From Lytechinus pictus (Eukaryota), in assembly GCF_037042905.1 (NCBI RefSeq), contig NC_087252.1, positions 9,798,001 through 9,862,000 of the forward strand: DNA of 64,000 nt. Direction: 5' to 3'. A program made the position numbers and the translations under genes. Below are positions 27,981-40,164 of the stretch, piece after piece (position 1 is the stretch's first letter; each line of letters begins with the position of its first letter). The notes under the pieces were generated by a model. The model saw only the letters and a program-made list of their open reading frames with translations. It did not search any database and was not told where the DNA came from.

Positions 27981-28579
27981 TCCGTCGTTCTACATAAAAG
28001 CACACACCCTCACAAAAACCCATACCTAACATATCACCTCTCCCACACATACCGCCACCCGCTCAGCCACACAAACTTGCATAGGGTTCAACTTAAGCAA
28101 CCGCTTCCAATTCAGGAATTCCATCTTGAAGGTAGTTTTACAATAGAACAGTTACTTAATTGTTGATCACCGAAAGATATAACTCATGAGATGATGTGAG
28201 TGTGGATGAGTGCGTGGGTAAATGTGTTTGTGCGAGAGTGATGTGCAAAGCGTGAGGGCGTGTGTGCGCTTGTGCGTGTGTGCGTGCGGCGCAATTACAT
28301 GTACTTTTTGAACACCTTTTTTTCATTCTTCACCCGGCAAATTGGCGCAACCGAGATTTTAATATCTTCTGGAGATTGTCTCGTAGCCAGTCATGAATGC
28401 AAAGATCCACATGATAATGATACCAAAATGGGCAGGGAGAATCAGGACAAAAGATCGACGATTAATTGTTCATACTTCAAACAAAACAACTTCAATCTGA
28501 TGTGATATTTTTTCTGACTTACTCTATATATTGAAAGGGTAATGCACGCCAGACTGACATTGGGCGTTACTGCTTCTGA

Positions 28580-28580
<1 letters not shown>

Positions 28581-28650
<70 letters not shown>

Positions 28651-28733
28651 ATACTACTAATACTACTAATACTTTTTTTTTTATATTACTACTTCTACTA
28701 CTACTACTAATACTACTAATACTTTTTTTATAT

Positions 28734-28774
<41 letters not shown>

Positions 28775-29545
28775 TACTACTACTACTACTACTACCACTC
28801 CATTTGTGCCCTTTGGCACATTCGACCTCTACGCTTTCTTTCCATTTTTTTGTCTTTCTCTAGCACAACTCCGGGCCTCATTTAAACTCATCCATCTCTA
28901 GGTATTTCTCTCCTACTTTACAGTTCTTTTCCATGTTGTTTTTGGTCTACCTCTTTTTGTTTCTTTTGATATTTGTTTTCATTCTGGTTTCCATATTAAA
29001 GCAGTGTAACATTGACGGCTATCTTGCTTTCTGAAGACATGACATATCCAAGGTCGAATTCCAACGTCCATTTTCTCTTCTAGATATGGCCGTCTCACCC
29101 ATTCGAAGTTTAACTTTACAAAACCAGTCCAACGACAATCACTGATCCGCATCACATCGAGGTGATACTCCTTCATTTAGGCTTTTTAATGGCTGTTTCA
29201 ATCGATGAGCTTCCTTGCTGATTTGACCCATCGATGTCATAATACTCTGGTCATTCTGAAACGTGATGTTATCGTCCTCTGCGACCTGGCAAGTCACTAC
29301 TCCACAAACCTTGGTTATTTACCTCAAAAGTGCATCTGGTTCCCGTGATAAGTTCTTTTTCACAGGAATGGAGAATCAATCGATTTCCCAACTTCAAACC
29401 TGGAGGACCAGTGAACTGAATTTTGTCTGCTCTCTCCCCATATACCAATTCGGCATTGATAAACCTACCAGGGAGTTGCACCGCCGCCAACATGATTGTT
29501 TCATTGAAAGCCCCTCCACCAAGACAAGGTATAGTCCCGGGAGAA
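28581..29545 (-). mobile_element. Internally deleted RTE-clade LINE with (TAG)n tail
   Basis: On the minus strand: RTE-like leader motifs (CCTTGTCTTGGTGGAGGGGC, GGTCCTCCAGG), endonuclease N-terminus MKEYHLDVMRISDCRWTG, C-terminal motifs WICHVFRK...ALIWKPE and GRPKTTWKRTV, then a trinucleotide tail seen as (ACT)n at 28581-28798. Confidence 0.8.
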
Positions 29546-30329
29546 GAATTGTCCAAGTTCCACTTGTTTTAAATTTAAACAAAATGTGCACGGGCGCCTT
29601 TGACGGATTGCATGTGTTATGTAGAACACGCTTGTGGCTCACTGGTATGGGTGTTTAGTTAAGAGAAAAGGAGTGATGAATGGTGGAATGATTACAGTGA
29701 CGATGTCGGGAGTTCTGAGTAGCGATGTTGTATAGGAGAAACGATCTTTCATAGACGTCAGAACTCGAACTTCACTCCTCGTCTTCATCCCGGCAAGCCA
29801 CAGATATGTTTGTTGCAGCAAAAATTGTCGCCGGCGTGTACTATGCATACGTCCTTCATGAATTAATTTCACAGATTTGTTGAACTTGCTAAAACAAAAT
29901 CGCTAGCGACAGTTTGTGTGCAACGCTGGCACCACAGGTTGACCTCGGTGATAATCGTACAGGAAGTAGCTCTGGGGATCTTTTATTCAAGCTCCGCCTA
30001 CCAATATTTTCTATCCCAATTTATTTTGCAAGCGTTTTAAATGAAAAGAGTTGCCAATGCTACTGCATAATTTCTCACACTGCTTCGGAAACCATCAGCT
30101 TTCAAAAATGTAATGCTATGACATTTGTAATTTCTTAAAGATTATAAACAGGATTTCAATTGATTCGGAAGAATGTTGAATAAAGTATGTTTGGTTAATC
30201 ATAAAGGCAAATTTTTAGGGTCATTTTGTTTGGATATATCAATTTATTTTGTGGACTCACCTGTATTACTTTTGAAATCTTCATACTGTTAATTTACCGC
30301 TTTACATTTCCACATGGATCTGTTTCAAG

Positions 30330-31526
30330 GCCACCCTCTTTGTAAGTAGAGAATGTGGAGACAGCGTCGGCCTATCGAGTGATTTTTTTTTTTTTTTGAA
30401 TAATATTTTATTTTCTTCCTCTTTCAAATCAATAAGTTGACAATCACAATTCATATAAATAAAGATTCTTTGCATGTATACAATCAATAAACAATCAAAC
30501 AAATAAATATATCAATATCAATGAGATTACAAATATTTTTAAAATGATTACAAATGAAATTAAACTGCCACATTTCTCTTCTATGACAATGTGAAGCATT
30601 TTTTTTTTTTATGTGAAAAAAAAAAAAACTCTTATAACTCTTCCCCAAAAAGTACATAATATAGCATAAAATTATTTCAATATTTTTTTTTTATATCAAA
30701 ATTATGTCAAATCAAATAAACTACTTTTTTCATGAAACTCTATGCTCCTTTTAGAGGAAGATTACATATATATAATCTTTCACACACCCACGCACCCTCA
30801 CACACATACACGTACACAAAAACCCTCACGCACACACATCATACAACAGGTAGCACATCCGTTCTGGTCTGTCGATCTGTAACTTTGTATCATTGAAAAA
30901 AAAAAAAAAAAAATAGAATACGATAAATGATAAGTCAAAGAAATGCACCAATTTGTTCCCATTTTCTTAAGTGTACTCCCAAATTCCCTGTTTTCTTGGC
31001 TATATTATATTCTTCTTTTCTGTAACCTTTAATCATATCTGTTGTTTTTTGTACGGACGGTGGTTCGCCCTTTTCTCTGGAAATAAAAATTATATGTTTT
31101 AGCAGAAAGATTATACAGTTTATTGCATGTATTCTCACACATTTACCAGATAGACCGATGAAAATTGTTTTCCAATCATCAATCCTAACTTCCTTTAAAT
31201 GAAGCTTTTTGATGACCTCCTTCCATAACTGTTTAACCTTTAAACAATCTAAAAATAAATGTTGGTATGTTTCTACCTGTTGTTTACAAAAAGAACAAAA
31301 ATTGTCTGACTCAAAACCAAATTGGAAGAGCTTCTCTTTTGTATACACTACCCCATGTAATAGTTTGTACTGAAACTCCCTTTGTTTACTACATATAAAA
31401 GCATTCTTTTGTGATGTGGCAGAGATAATATGTACAGCGCCCTCTCTAAACTACGTTAAACTAGGCGTGGTATCCTTTCACGATAACTTCTATGCTGTTC
31501 TTGCTGAAAAAGGATGGAAGTCCTCG
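30330..31526 (+). pseudogene. First LRR exon of the NLR, split by a LINE insertion
   Basis: 30330-30383 (ATLFVSRECGDSVGLSSD) and 31416-31526 (VAEIICTAPSLNYVKLGVVSFHDNFYAVLAEKGWKSS) join in frame to 165 bp. Acceptor TTTCAAG, donor TCG|GTGAGT. Confidence 0.85.
30384..31410 (-). mobile_element. 5'-truncated L1/Tx1-type LINE (ORF2 C-terminal zinc-finger region, 3' UTR, poly-A)
   Basis: Minus ORF REFQYKLLHG...CSFCKQQVETYQHLFLDC...W ends at 30935. AATAAA and poly-A appear as T-tract 30384-30397. GTGAT is duplicated at 30379-30383 and 31411-31415. Confidence 0.92.
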
Positions 31527-31930
31527 GTGAGTAAAATAATCACGAAGTAAAAGTGTGTATGCTCTTTTGGGTGTTTGTGTAAGAAAAAGTAAATAAAGTT
31601 TAGGTATCTACAGAATAATCTGGATAATACAAACAAAATTTACTTCACAGTATCCCGAACTAGATGTCAAAATCGAATAAACACATTCACGTGAGATAAT
31701 GATACCAACACACGTAATATGCACACTGGCACTCCTATATATATTCCATCAAATCCTCTAGCCAGTCAACATCATTTTGTTATTTTACTTTGCACCTGTA
31801 CATATTACTTTTGAATTGAACTTGGAAGTATGAAGATTCATACACATAAAGGCATTGTATACCAATACTCTAGATGTAAACATCAAAGTGGGCTTTGTGA
31901 TCGTCCAAAACAAAATGTTGGTGCAAGCAG

Positions 31931-32098
31931 GTTCGTCGACTCTGGATTGGTACTGTGAAGTCTATAACACCAGACTCATCATGCCAACTTGTGAGAGCTT
32001 TGTGTTCCATGGAAAGGCTGACCATTCTGACACTAGATGGAGGTGTTAAGGAGGAGAAGTTCTACACTAGATTGAACACGAGTGCATCGAACTTACAG
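31931..32098 (+). CDS. NLR LRR exon (168 bp, phase 0)
   Basis: VRRLWIGTVKSITPDSSCQLVRALCSMERLTILTLDGGVKEEKFYTRLNTSASNLQ; CAG|...|GTAAGG. Confidence 0.88.
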
Positions 32099-32655
32099 GT
32101 AAGGATGCAAAGGCATCGACATTACAGGTGAATGGGGGGCTTCTCGTAACGGGCGGTGGCTATCATTTCCGAAATGTTCTACGAGATAATGTCGGATGCA
32201 GCATCAAAGGTACGTAGTGAATGTCCTGTAATCTTCTGTCTTGTCTGGGTATAAAAATGTAATATATTTTGTCTCTTGGTGTTGAATACGCATGAGGGAA
32301 ATTGCAGTCAGATGGAGTAATAGAAAGGGGGGTTCCTGTGATCGTTCAGATACTGTTAGTAACATATGTGAAAATAGAGTGCAGAAAAACTTTTAAAAAG
32401 ATGTAAGTGCGGAAAGAAGAATGAAAAAGGACGCTAACGACAGATTTTAATTTACCCGTTATTTACAATCGAAATGAAGTTACCTCTATTCTCTAAGCCA
32501 ATTCACCATAAGAATAATTATACAGCTCGTACGATCCCAACGGGTGTAAGCAGTCGCACCACCAATAATTGTGAAAAGGGGCGTAACTTACGATCAACTT
32601 TTATCAAATGTGTAATAAAGATGTAATAAAATTCTCCCATGTATGAAAGTAACAC

Positions 32656-32818
32656 CTGGGGAGTGTTTCATCAACATTTTCCTCCGACAAGTTGTCAGAT
32701 CTGACATCTTTCTCTGATGTTGATTGGCTGAGAGGTACTGTTACTATGGTAACTGTCGGATAAAATGGGACTTGTCGGATAAAACGTCCGACAAGTCCTT
32801 TCATAAAACGCTCCCCAG
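32656..32818. mobile_element. Short MITE; related copies at ~37261-37410, ~43637-43797 and ~47828-47927
   Basis: CTGGGGAGTGTTTCAT ... ATAAAACGCTCCCCAG TIRs. All copies share the core TGTCAGATCTGACA palindrome or a variant of it. Confidence 0.8.
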
Positions 32819-32909
32819 AAATGCACAAATCTGTGATTTGAGACTTACTGTTTGGCCTTGCGGTTTGCAAGAAAAAATAGTGATATTTTACTGTTAACAT
32901 ACCACACAG

Positions 32910-33077
32910 GTTCAAACTCTGAATCTTCAAGGTCTACATTTTCCCACATCAGACTCTTCCAAGTATCTTGCACAATCATTGTGTTCAATGCCAAAGCTGA
33001 GCAGCCTAGCGATCCATTGGATGACACATATGGAGGAGTTTTGTTCATCATTGAAAACCAATGCATTATCTCTTCAG
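32910..33077 (+). CDS. NLR LRR exon (168 bp, phase 0)
   Basis: VQTLNLQGLHFPTSDSSKYLAQSLCSMPKLSSLAIHWMTHMEEFCSSLKTNALSLQ; CAG|...|GTATCA. Confidence 0.9.
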
Positions 33078-34546
33078 GTATCAAATTCAAGAATGTGAGG
33101 GATCGACGGTCAATAAGTTCTGAGTTTTGGCGGATCCCTCCATTTACTCAGCTTTACGTTTACAGGGACATAAAGGAGATCAATGATGAATACACTTCTA
33201 TTACATTTCTTTCTACACACTATTCATAATAATTATTATTTTGTTTGTATTGACCGAGTTAGATATTAATCAAAGTGTGACATTTTGTTTTGATATTTTT
33301 GATGACTTTAAATGTATTGAATTTCAAACTTCGAAAGAACTTTAAAAGCTGGTAACCATAATTTTCTCTTCCCAACCCAATACATCCCCTAGAAAAAAGA
33401 AAAAAAAAATGTAGAATTTGTTTCGATTTCTATTTAACACACTGATGCTATTTTGTTACAATTGAGTAGATAATGCTTATCTAGTGTTATTTTTTTTTCT
33501 CTCTTTCACCCTCGTAAGAGGGACTTTATTTGTTCATATGATATTAACAATAGTTTTTAGAAAAGTCACATACACAAATATACATAGATAAATTAACGAA
33601 ACATGAACTAAAGGATTGAAAGAACCTTTGAGACCTGTTTTAAATCAAGTCTCTTCTGATTACATTTTCTTATTAAATAACTTCGAATTTCAACTTTGAA
33701 ATCTTTAATAAAATTAGTTTTTAGTGTTTATATTATTGATTCTGAATATTTGATTTACACTTTAATCCCAGTAATTTCTTTTGCATGCACTTTTTCTGGT
33801 TTGCCCTGCAAGCGATGACATACTATTGAAGAGCTCGATTATCAGAAGTAGGTTTTATCGTAAGTTAATAACGTAGAACAGGTATAGTAAAATGCATGCT
33901 AGTATATGTTTCATTTAAGGATTACTACCAATCATTCACCGTGAAATGTGCTTTTTAACTACCTAGGTCGACGCTATCGAAAATAATATCAAATAGCGTT
34001 ACTCATACTCAATTCATCTCAGTGCATTGTGAACCACTGTGCTTTATTGCTATAATAATACTGATAATGTTTACGGATACTTTAAAACTTTCCTTGTAGC
34101 CAAAGGCTGAATTACACAACGATTTTACAATGGTTCACATTAAAATATTGATTTAATTGTAAATACTCACTAAAGGTAGACTAAAATCAAATCAGAAAAC
34201 GATAAAGGTTTAACTCCAGGCGCGTATCTAGCATCAGATCCTACAAAGCATTTCAGGGGCCCAATTATCTGGGGGTAATAGTGATTCTATTTGGCTTGTT
34301 CACAGGGCTTATACTATTTGTTGACATACTTGATGCTGGATACGCTAGTGAACTCCATTCAACCTTGAAATATAATCAGAAAAAATACAAATTAAGAATA
34401 TGTGAGGCACGGAAGTGACACAAAATTCATATGAATATATGGATTGTTGATTGGAAAGTAAACATAATTCAATTATATGGAATAATTCAGGGAGAATTCA
34501 AGCAGTGTATGAAACTCTTTCCATTATGTCTGTTGTGTATGTAAAG

Positions 34547-34714
34547 GTAAGAACTCTCAGTCTTCATTCAATTGAATTGCCAACGCTGACCTCATCTGAA
34601 AACCTAGTAGAATCACTTTGCTCCATGCCACACCTAAAGGACCTATCAATTCAGGATACGGATGTAACTGAGGAATTCTGCACTGCGATGAAGGCCAAAG
34701 GAGCATCCATTAAG
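34547..34714 (+). CDS. NLR LRR exon (168 bp, phase 0)
   Basis: VRTLSLHSIELPTLTSSENLVESLCSMPHLKDLSIQDTDVTEEFCTAMKAKGASIK; AAG|...|GTATTA. Confidence 0.9.
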
Positions 34715-35921
34715 GTATTATATATATCGGATATTTTGTATTGCAATAAAAACTATCAAAATTCAATCACAAGCAGTCAAAGACTGAAATGTGTGAATGT
34801 TTATATTAATAGAAACATAACAAAATATAAAGTAAACATTATAAATATTGAAATACAATACAAATTCATACAGATGAAAAAGAAATGTATCATAAGGAAC
34901 TACCAAAGACGATAATTTAATTTAAAAAGTGTCACCAATGAAAATTAGGGGAGTGAAAGATTAGGAAGAAAGAGGAGAGAGGAGAGGAAAAGGATGAGAA
35001 AAGGGAAAGAAATAGGAATAAGACAAAAGAAAGGGAAAGCAAGAGATGGAAATTCCTTTAAACGTGGTCTTTTGTGAAAAAAATAATCTAGAATCAGGCA
35101 TTACTATTGATAAGATACCTTTATACACAACCACACATTCACAGGTGATATAAATTGTTCTAGAATAATTTAACAGTAAACGATTAATACGAATAATTAT
35201 TTTGTTAGAGAGTATGAATTATCAATACTCTGTATGAGCATAGGAAGGGGGGGGGGGTATAATTAGCCAGCTTGTATGACATTGGTCCACCCTCTGGTTT
35301 ATATGACTGTATATCACAATTTAATACAAACAGATCAAAGTATTACCGCCTTAAAGACGAATAATAATGAAAGAGTATTCTTATTAAAATAAACATTTTT
35401 AACATAACAATCAGGCTAATCAATGCCTTCCGGTTATCACCAGGGCTAAATAAGACATTTCAAAGGTGCCAAGAATATTATTTTGGTCAATTGTACACTT
35501 GATGGAATAACATTCTAAAGGTATTTTTCTCAAACATTTATGAATAATTATGTACATTCCTTAGTTCTTGTAAACGCTTGAATAACCACATTCATTACAG
35601 AGCGTCACTTATATTTCAATTGAGTGAAATACTTAACCTTAAAATGTAATTCATAATTATGGACACTTCTTTGGCTGAGGGAAAACAATGTTCTTTGACT
35701 CGGTATGGAATTCAAATTATTTTTTCTTGGTATTAGGTAATGTTATAGAAATATTAAAAATATGCATTCAAATATACCGTCTCACTGTGAAAACAGTTTG
35801 AATTGAATCTTTCGTTTTGCAGATTAATCTCACTGTCCATCTGTTTTGCCGTTGTCCAAACTTCTTGTTTAGGCCGTGGATCTATGGTTAACCACTTTAT
35901 CGCAATAATATTATTTACATG

Positions 35922-35923
<2 letters not shown>

Positions 35924-35990
<67 letters not shown>

Positions 35991-35999
35991 ATATATATG

Positions 36000-36030
<31 letters not shown>
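35924..36030. repeat. (TA)n/(CA)n microsatellite
   Basis: Directly visible. Confidence 0.95.
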
Positions 36031-36210
36031 CCTATCACCCCTACTCACCCCCACACACACTCTCTCTCTCACACACCCACCCTCACACACATATTATACA
36101 TAGACACAAACACCCTCACACACCCTCCCACACACACATATATATTTATATAAAGTTTAATATTCATGATCATTAAACATTTATTTTGAATCACTGGTTT
36201 AAATATACAG

Positions 36211-36378
36211 GTTGCAATACTCAAACTGAAAGGGATCGATTTTCCCTCATCCGTCTCATTAGAGTCCCTTGCTGTATCGCTCTGCTTCATGCCAAACCTG
36301 ACGGATCTATCAATACGTTCGATGGATGAAATAGAGGAGCTTCTGTCAACACTTAAAGATGCAGCAACATCAATTCAG
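36211..36378 (+). CDS. NLR LRR exon (168 bp, phase 0)
   Basis: VAILKLKGIDFPSSVSLESLAVSLCFMPNLTDLSIRSMDEIEELLSTLKDAATSIQ; CAG|...|GTTTTC (weak donor). Confidence 0.88.
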
Positions 36379-36930
36379 GTTTTCAGTCAGATTTTCTAAA
36401 ACTGATTTTTTTCTCTCTCTTTATAATTTTTTTTTTGTTTTACGTTAGAACAAATGTACTTATAAACGAAGGTGATTTACTTTTAACTGAACTGGTTGGT
36501 ATTTATTGATATCATTGTTTTTCTTTCTCTCTTTTTGCATCCTTATGCAGTATGCCCATTGTTATCAAAGATTAACAAATGTGTTTCGTACCATTAGGAG
36601 TGGCTAGCAGATATTGTGCAGCATTAGCTTTTACCATGGCAATTTGTAGAGGAGGATACTCCTTGTCAGTTTTCGATTTTTTATTGGGGGGGGGGGGGGG
36701 GAGTGCCTCCTTTCCCCCTGGCTAGTCCTAGATCCAGCCCTAAGAGAGATGAGAGAGGAATATGATAGAACAAAGCCTACGAAAAAAATCCACAAACTAT
36801 GCGTAGATATATATACACGCGTTCGTTGGTAAGGACTTTCGTTTTATCACGTCCCAGGTTCAATTTAATACTCAAAATAAATGTTACAATAAATTGTTTT
36901 TGCTTTCTTTTTTATTGTTATCCTTTCTAG

Positions 36931-37018
36931 GGTTCTTTTCCGAAGATCAGCGAAGGAAAATTCAGCTTCAATGGAAAGGCTCAAATGGATCGCGAATCAT
37001 TCTTAGAGACTCTAAACG
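36931..37018 (+). CDS. NLR penultimate (C-terminal cap) exon
   Basis: GSFPKISEGKFSFNGKAQMDRESFLETLN. Strong pyrimidine tract plus TAG, donor G|GTAAAT. Phase 1 fits a last exon at 37983-37999 (DGANP*). AATAAA at ~38293 and ~38315. Confidence 0.75.
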
Positions 37019-38745
37019 GTAAATAAACAAAAATAAAAGCGAAAAAAAATTCTAGCACATACAAAAAAAGGTGAAATACGACTTAGACCTGAAACTATTT
37101 CTTTCATAGTTTTTTCCGTGTCATTAAGGTCCATTTACAATTACACTTTTATGATGCAATTGATGAAACTATACTTCTAAACTCGTATCTCTCACTCTGT
37201 GTCACTTGAGTGTGAGAGACGGGTACAAGATTGCCATACTTTGATACAAGCTTTTGGCACCTGGAGTGCGTTTCATGAAAGGACTTCATCCGACAAGTCC
37301 TGTTGTATCCTAGAGTTACCACATAGTAACAATGCTTCTATGCCATAATCAAGGAAAGTTGTCAGATCTGACAACTTGTCGGATGAAAATGTCGATGAAA
37401 CACTCCACAGCTCTTTCCTTCGTCTACACGATATGCGTGCGTGTGGGTAAATGTGTGAGGGTGTGTGTGCTTGTATGTGTAACACCGGGCCTACTAATAA
37501 ATGTGTCTGTATAAAAGATAAAGTTTTACTAGGAAAGTCGGCAAGAAGCTTTTGTGCATTGTACACAAAACTTTTCTTTACAATAAACCAATAAAAAATA
37601 TCGTAAAAATTGTGAGTTGAATTGGCGCAATCCATCCAAAGCCCCTCCTAAGGTTGTACCTAAACTAACGATCCACCGAAGGGTTTCTGTCCATGCGGGC
37701 AAAACAGTTAAAAGTAACTTCAAGCAGTCACATAGATAATGTCATGAATGTAGAAGCATTTAATTGGCATCAGCAAATAAGTTTAGCTGAGCATATTTGA
37801 AAAGAAAGTTTGCATCACTTTATTGATATTATCACTTTATTGTACAAAGAAGCAATTTAGGAAAAATGTTTTTACACAATAAGATAAAACAAATATTTCC
37901 ATTTTTAAAACTCTAATACACATGTATATGATGGTTCCCTGTTTACGAGCTTTGGTGTCATACTTTTTCTTCCTCATTGCAGATGGTGCTAACCCTTAGG
38001 AAATGAGAAACAAATGCGCCACGCATGGGAATTGTGTCATACAAAACCGGATTGGATTCTTCTCCATTGCAAACATTACGGTAGCACAAAATGTGTTCAC
38101 AAGTAGACGATATGAAGTTGTGTGAAAAAGTGAAGATAAAAGATGCTAGGAATTTTTCAATTTTCAGTGCTACATGTTTGTCACATATTTATCTTTATTG
38201 GGGGATCAACTTGTTGTTTGAGTGGATTTGACCTTCGAATTTACGGATTTAAAAGGAAATTTGACATTTGATTTATTAATTAATAGAAATAGAATAAAAA
38301 TAGAAAGTGCATCAAATAAAGCTTCTAAACCTTATTACAGTATTTACAAATATGAATTGTAATTATACAGGATTGCAATTACTTTTCTAATTATGTAACA
38401 ACCATAAAGATATAAACAATACATGTTTGTTTTATTGCAAGTGGAAAACTTATGCATTATAAATAATTACCCCTATATTTTTAGAATTAAGTTCACACGG
38501 TGAGGAATTATAATCTTGATAAATATTATGTACACGAAATTTAAGATTTACTACAAACGCATTGAGTTTAAGAGCTAAACTATACCCCCTTTACTCTTGA
38601 CATTGCAACTAATTTCGTTATGTTTATCCTCTTGGTTATACGAAAAATGTTTAGATGAGAAAAATCTTTTGGTAGAAAATCTGTAAACGGGGCATGATAT
38701 TCTAGACTTTGACTATATGACCAATCCAATGTGCTATAGTTATCC

Positions 38746-38907
38746 TAGCCTCTTGTCGAGACCCTGGCGGCTGCTTGCCGTGCGAAGCGAGGGATTTCTT
38801 AATTCGCGAAGCGAGTTAGGCCTGTCTCGCGGCGCTCTGCTTCGCCCTCTCCCTTGCTTCGCCATGTTCGCTCGGAAAGCAGCCGACAGGGTCTCGACAA
38901 GAGGCTA
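38746..38907. mobile_element. 162-bp GC-rich MITE with TAG termini and 9-bp TSD
   Basis: TAGCCTCTTGTCGAGACCCTGGCGGCTGCTT is inverted to AAGCAGCCGACAGGGTCTCGACAAGAGGCTA. Flanks TAGTTATCC / TAGTTAGCC (one mismatch). Confidence 0.88.
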
Positions 38908-39139
38908 TAGTTAGCCCAGGTGGATAATGTATCTAATTACACTCCCAAGTACAACATGGCTATATATATTTATTTGTTTCTGTTTTGGCAATATACATAC
39001 ATATATTATATACATTTCTATTTTTTAAAAGGTTAATTCTTTCTTCAAAATTATTTTGTAAAAAAAAACTCTGCCTGTCAAGATGACAGAATAATGATGG
39101 CACAACTATTAGTTCCTTTCCTACTATTTCCTACGGTTT

Positions 39140-39505
39140 ATTTCCAATTCTTCGAATGCCAATTCGTTCAATTGCCAACTCGTCTACTATCATTTGGTCT
39201 ACCATCAGTTCGTTCACTATCCACATGGTCTACTTGCTAATCCGTCAATATACCATTACGTAATACCCAATTGGTCCAATAACCATTTAGTCCATATACC
39301 ATTTGGTATATTTGGACTAAGTGTTAATTGTGCAAAAACGAATAAACATGAAACGAATATTAGACCAACTGGTTATAAGACGAAATGGTGATTTAAAGAA
39401 GTGATTATTGGACCAAATGGTTTGTTAGACAAATTGCTAATGGACGGAATGGCATCAGACTAAATTAAAGTGGACGCGTTGGCAGTAGACGAATGGGCAA
39501 TTTAT
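39140..39505. repeat. Degenerate foldback element made of CCAANTGGTCTA-like subrepeats
   Basis: GCCAACTCGTCTACT-type units on the left face AGTAGACGAATGGGC-type units on the right. Confidence 0.65.
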
Positions 39506-39997
39506 CTTTTATAATACGGAATTTAACGAAAACAGACATTTATAGACCTACATGTGATTATTTTCTTCCTTTAAACAAATAGTTTGCAGCAACGAATATT
39601 CAATACATTAATTTAAGGGTAAATCATATATTTTACATTCTTGGAGCAGAAAATAGAATAAAAACGACCAATGGAAATTTCCTGTAATAAATGCACATGA
39701 ACAAAAATAAAATAACAGCATCAGCCTCTTCTTTGCTAATTTGTTCTGGAATTCATTGGGATTTTTCACCAGTCAAATTAAAATTCTAAAAATTAACTCC
39801 TAAAGATCTAGAAGTATATTTGTGGGACTGCATGTATAACAAGACTAAAATAAAAAAGAAACAGATGAAGTAAGAAAAGGTCTTTGGGCTATTTTCTTCT
39901 TTTTTAATTAAGGTTTAGAAAAAAATGCTACTTGGCAACATGTCTGTTTTGTAAGTTTGTTGCAACATAGAGTGGTCTACTCTTTCTGAAACGGACG

Positions 39998-40049
39998 TTA
40001 ATTTTTTCGATCTTTCCCGAAGTGAAGTTGGCTGTATTCTGTATTCTCT
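39998..40049 (-). CDS. Possible extra terminal exon of the Ig/FN3 receptor (IENTEYSQLHFGKDRKN*)
   Basis: Donor AT|GTAAAG overlaps the first stop codon and is phase-matched to acceptor AAAAG|A, giving a 119-bp intron. The acceptor is weak. Confidence 0.5.
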
Positions 40050-40164
40050 CTTTTGATCGTAATAGGAATAAGCATCAGCTCATTTCACATGCATAATATG
40101 AAATATTTCATAATAAGTCATGACTACGCATATGTCAAAGAAGTTATAGTATCGCTTCAGATCT

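Larger units (their letters stand above)
22794..37999 (+). pseudogene. NLR (DEATH-NACHT-LRR) gene, disrupted; reconstructed product about 1004 aa
   Basis: Phase-compatible exons: 22794-22831, 23790-24073, 25109-25177, 25498-27180, 30330-30383+31416-31526, 31931-32098, 32910-33077, 34547-34714, 36211-36378, 36931-37018, 37983-37999 (TAG). Lesions: TAA at 25872-25874, extra G in 26694-26698, LINE at 30384-31410. Confidence 0.9.

Noticed and set aside
28542..28901. Poly-Thr/Leu/Tyr ORF; similarly the IY-repeat ORFs at 35754-36176 and the GKNG ORF at 62777
   Set aside because: Translations of micro- and minisatellites.
29263..29872. Overlapping ORFs as a gene
   Set aside because: They overlap the RTE leader and adjacent repeat-like DNA and contain no recognisable domain.
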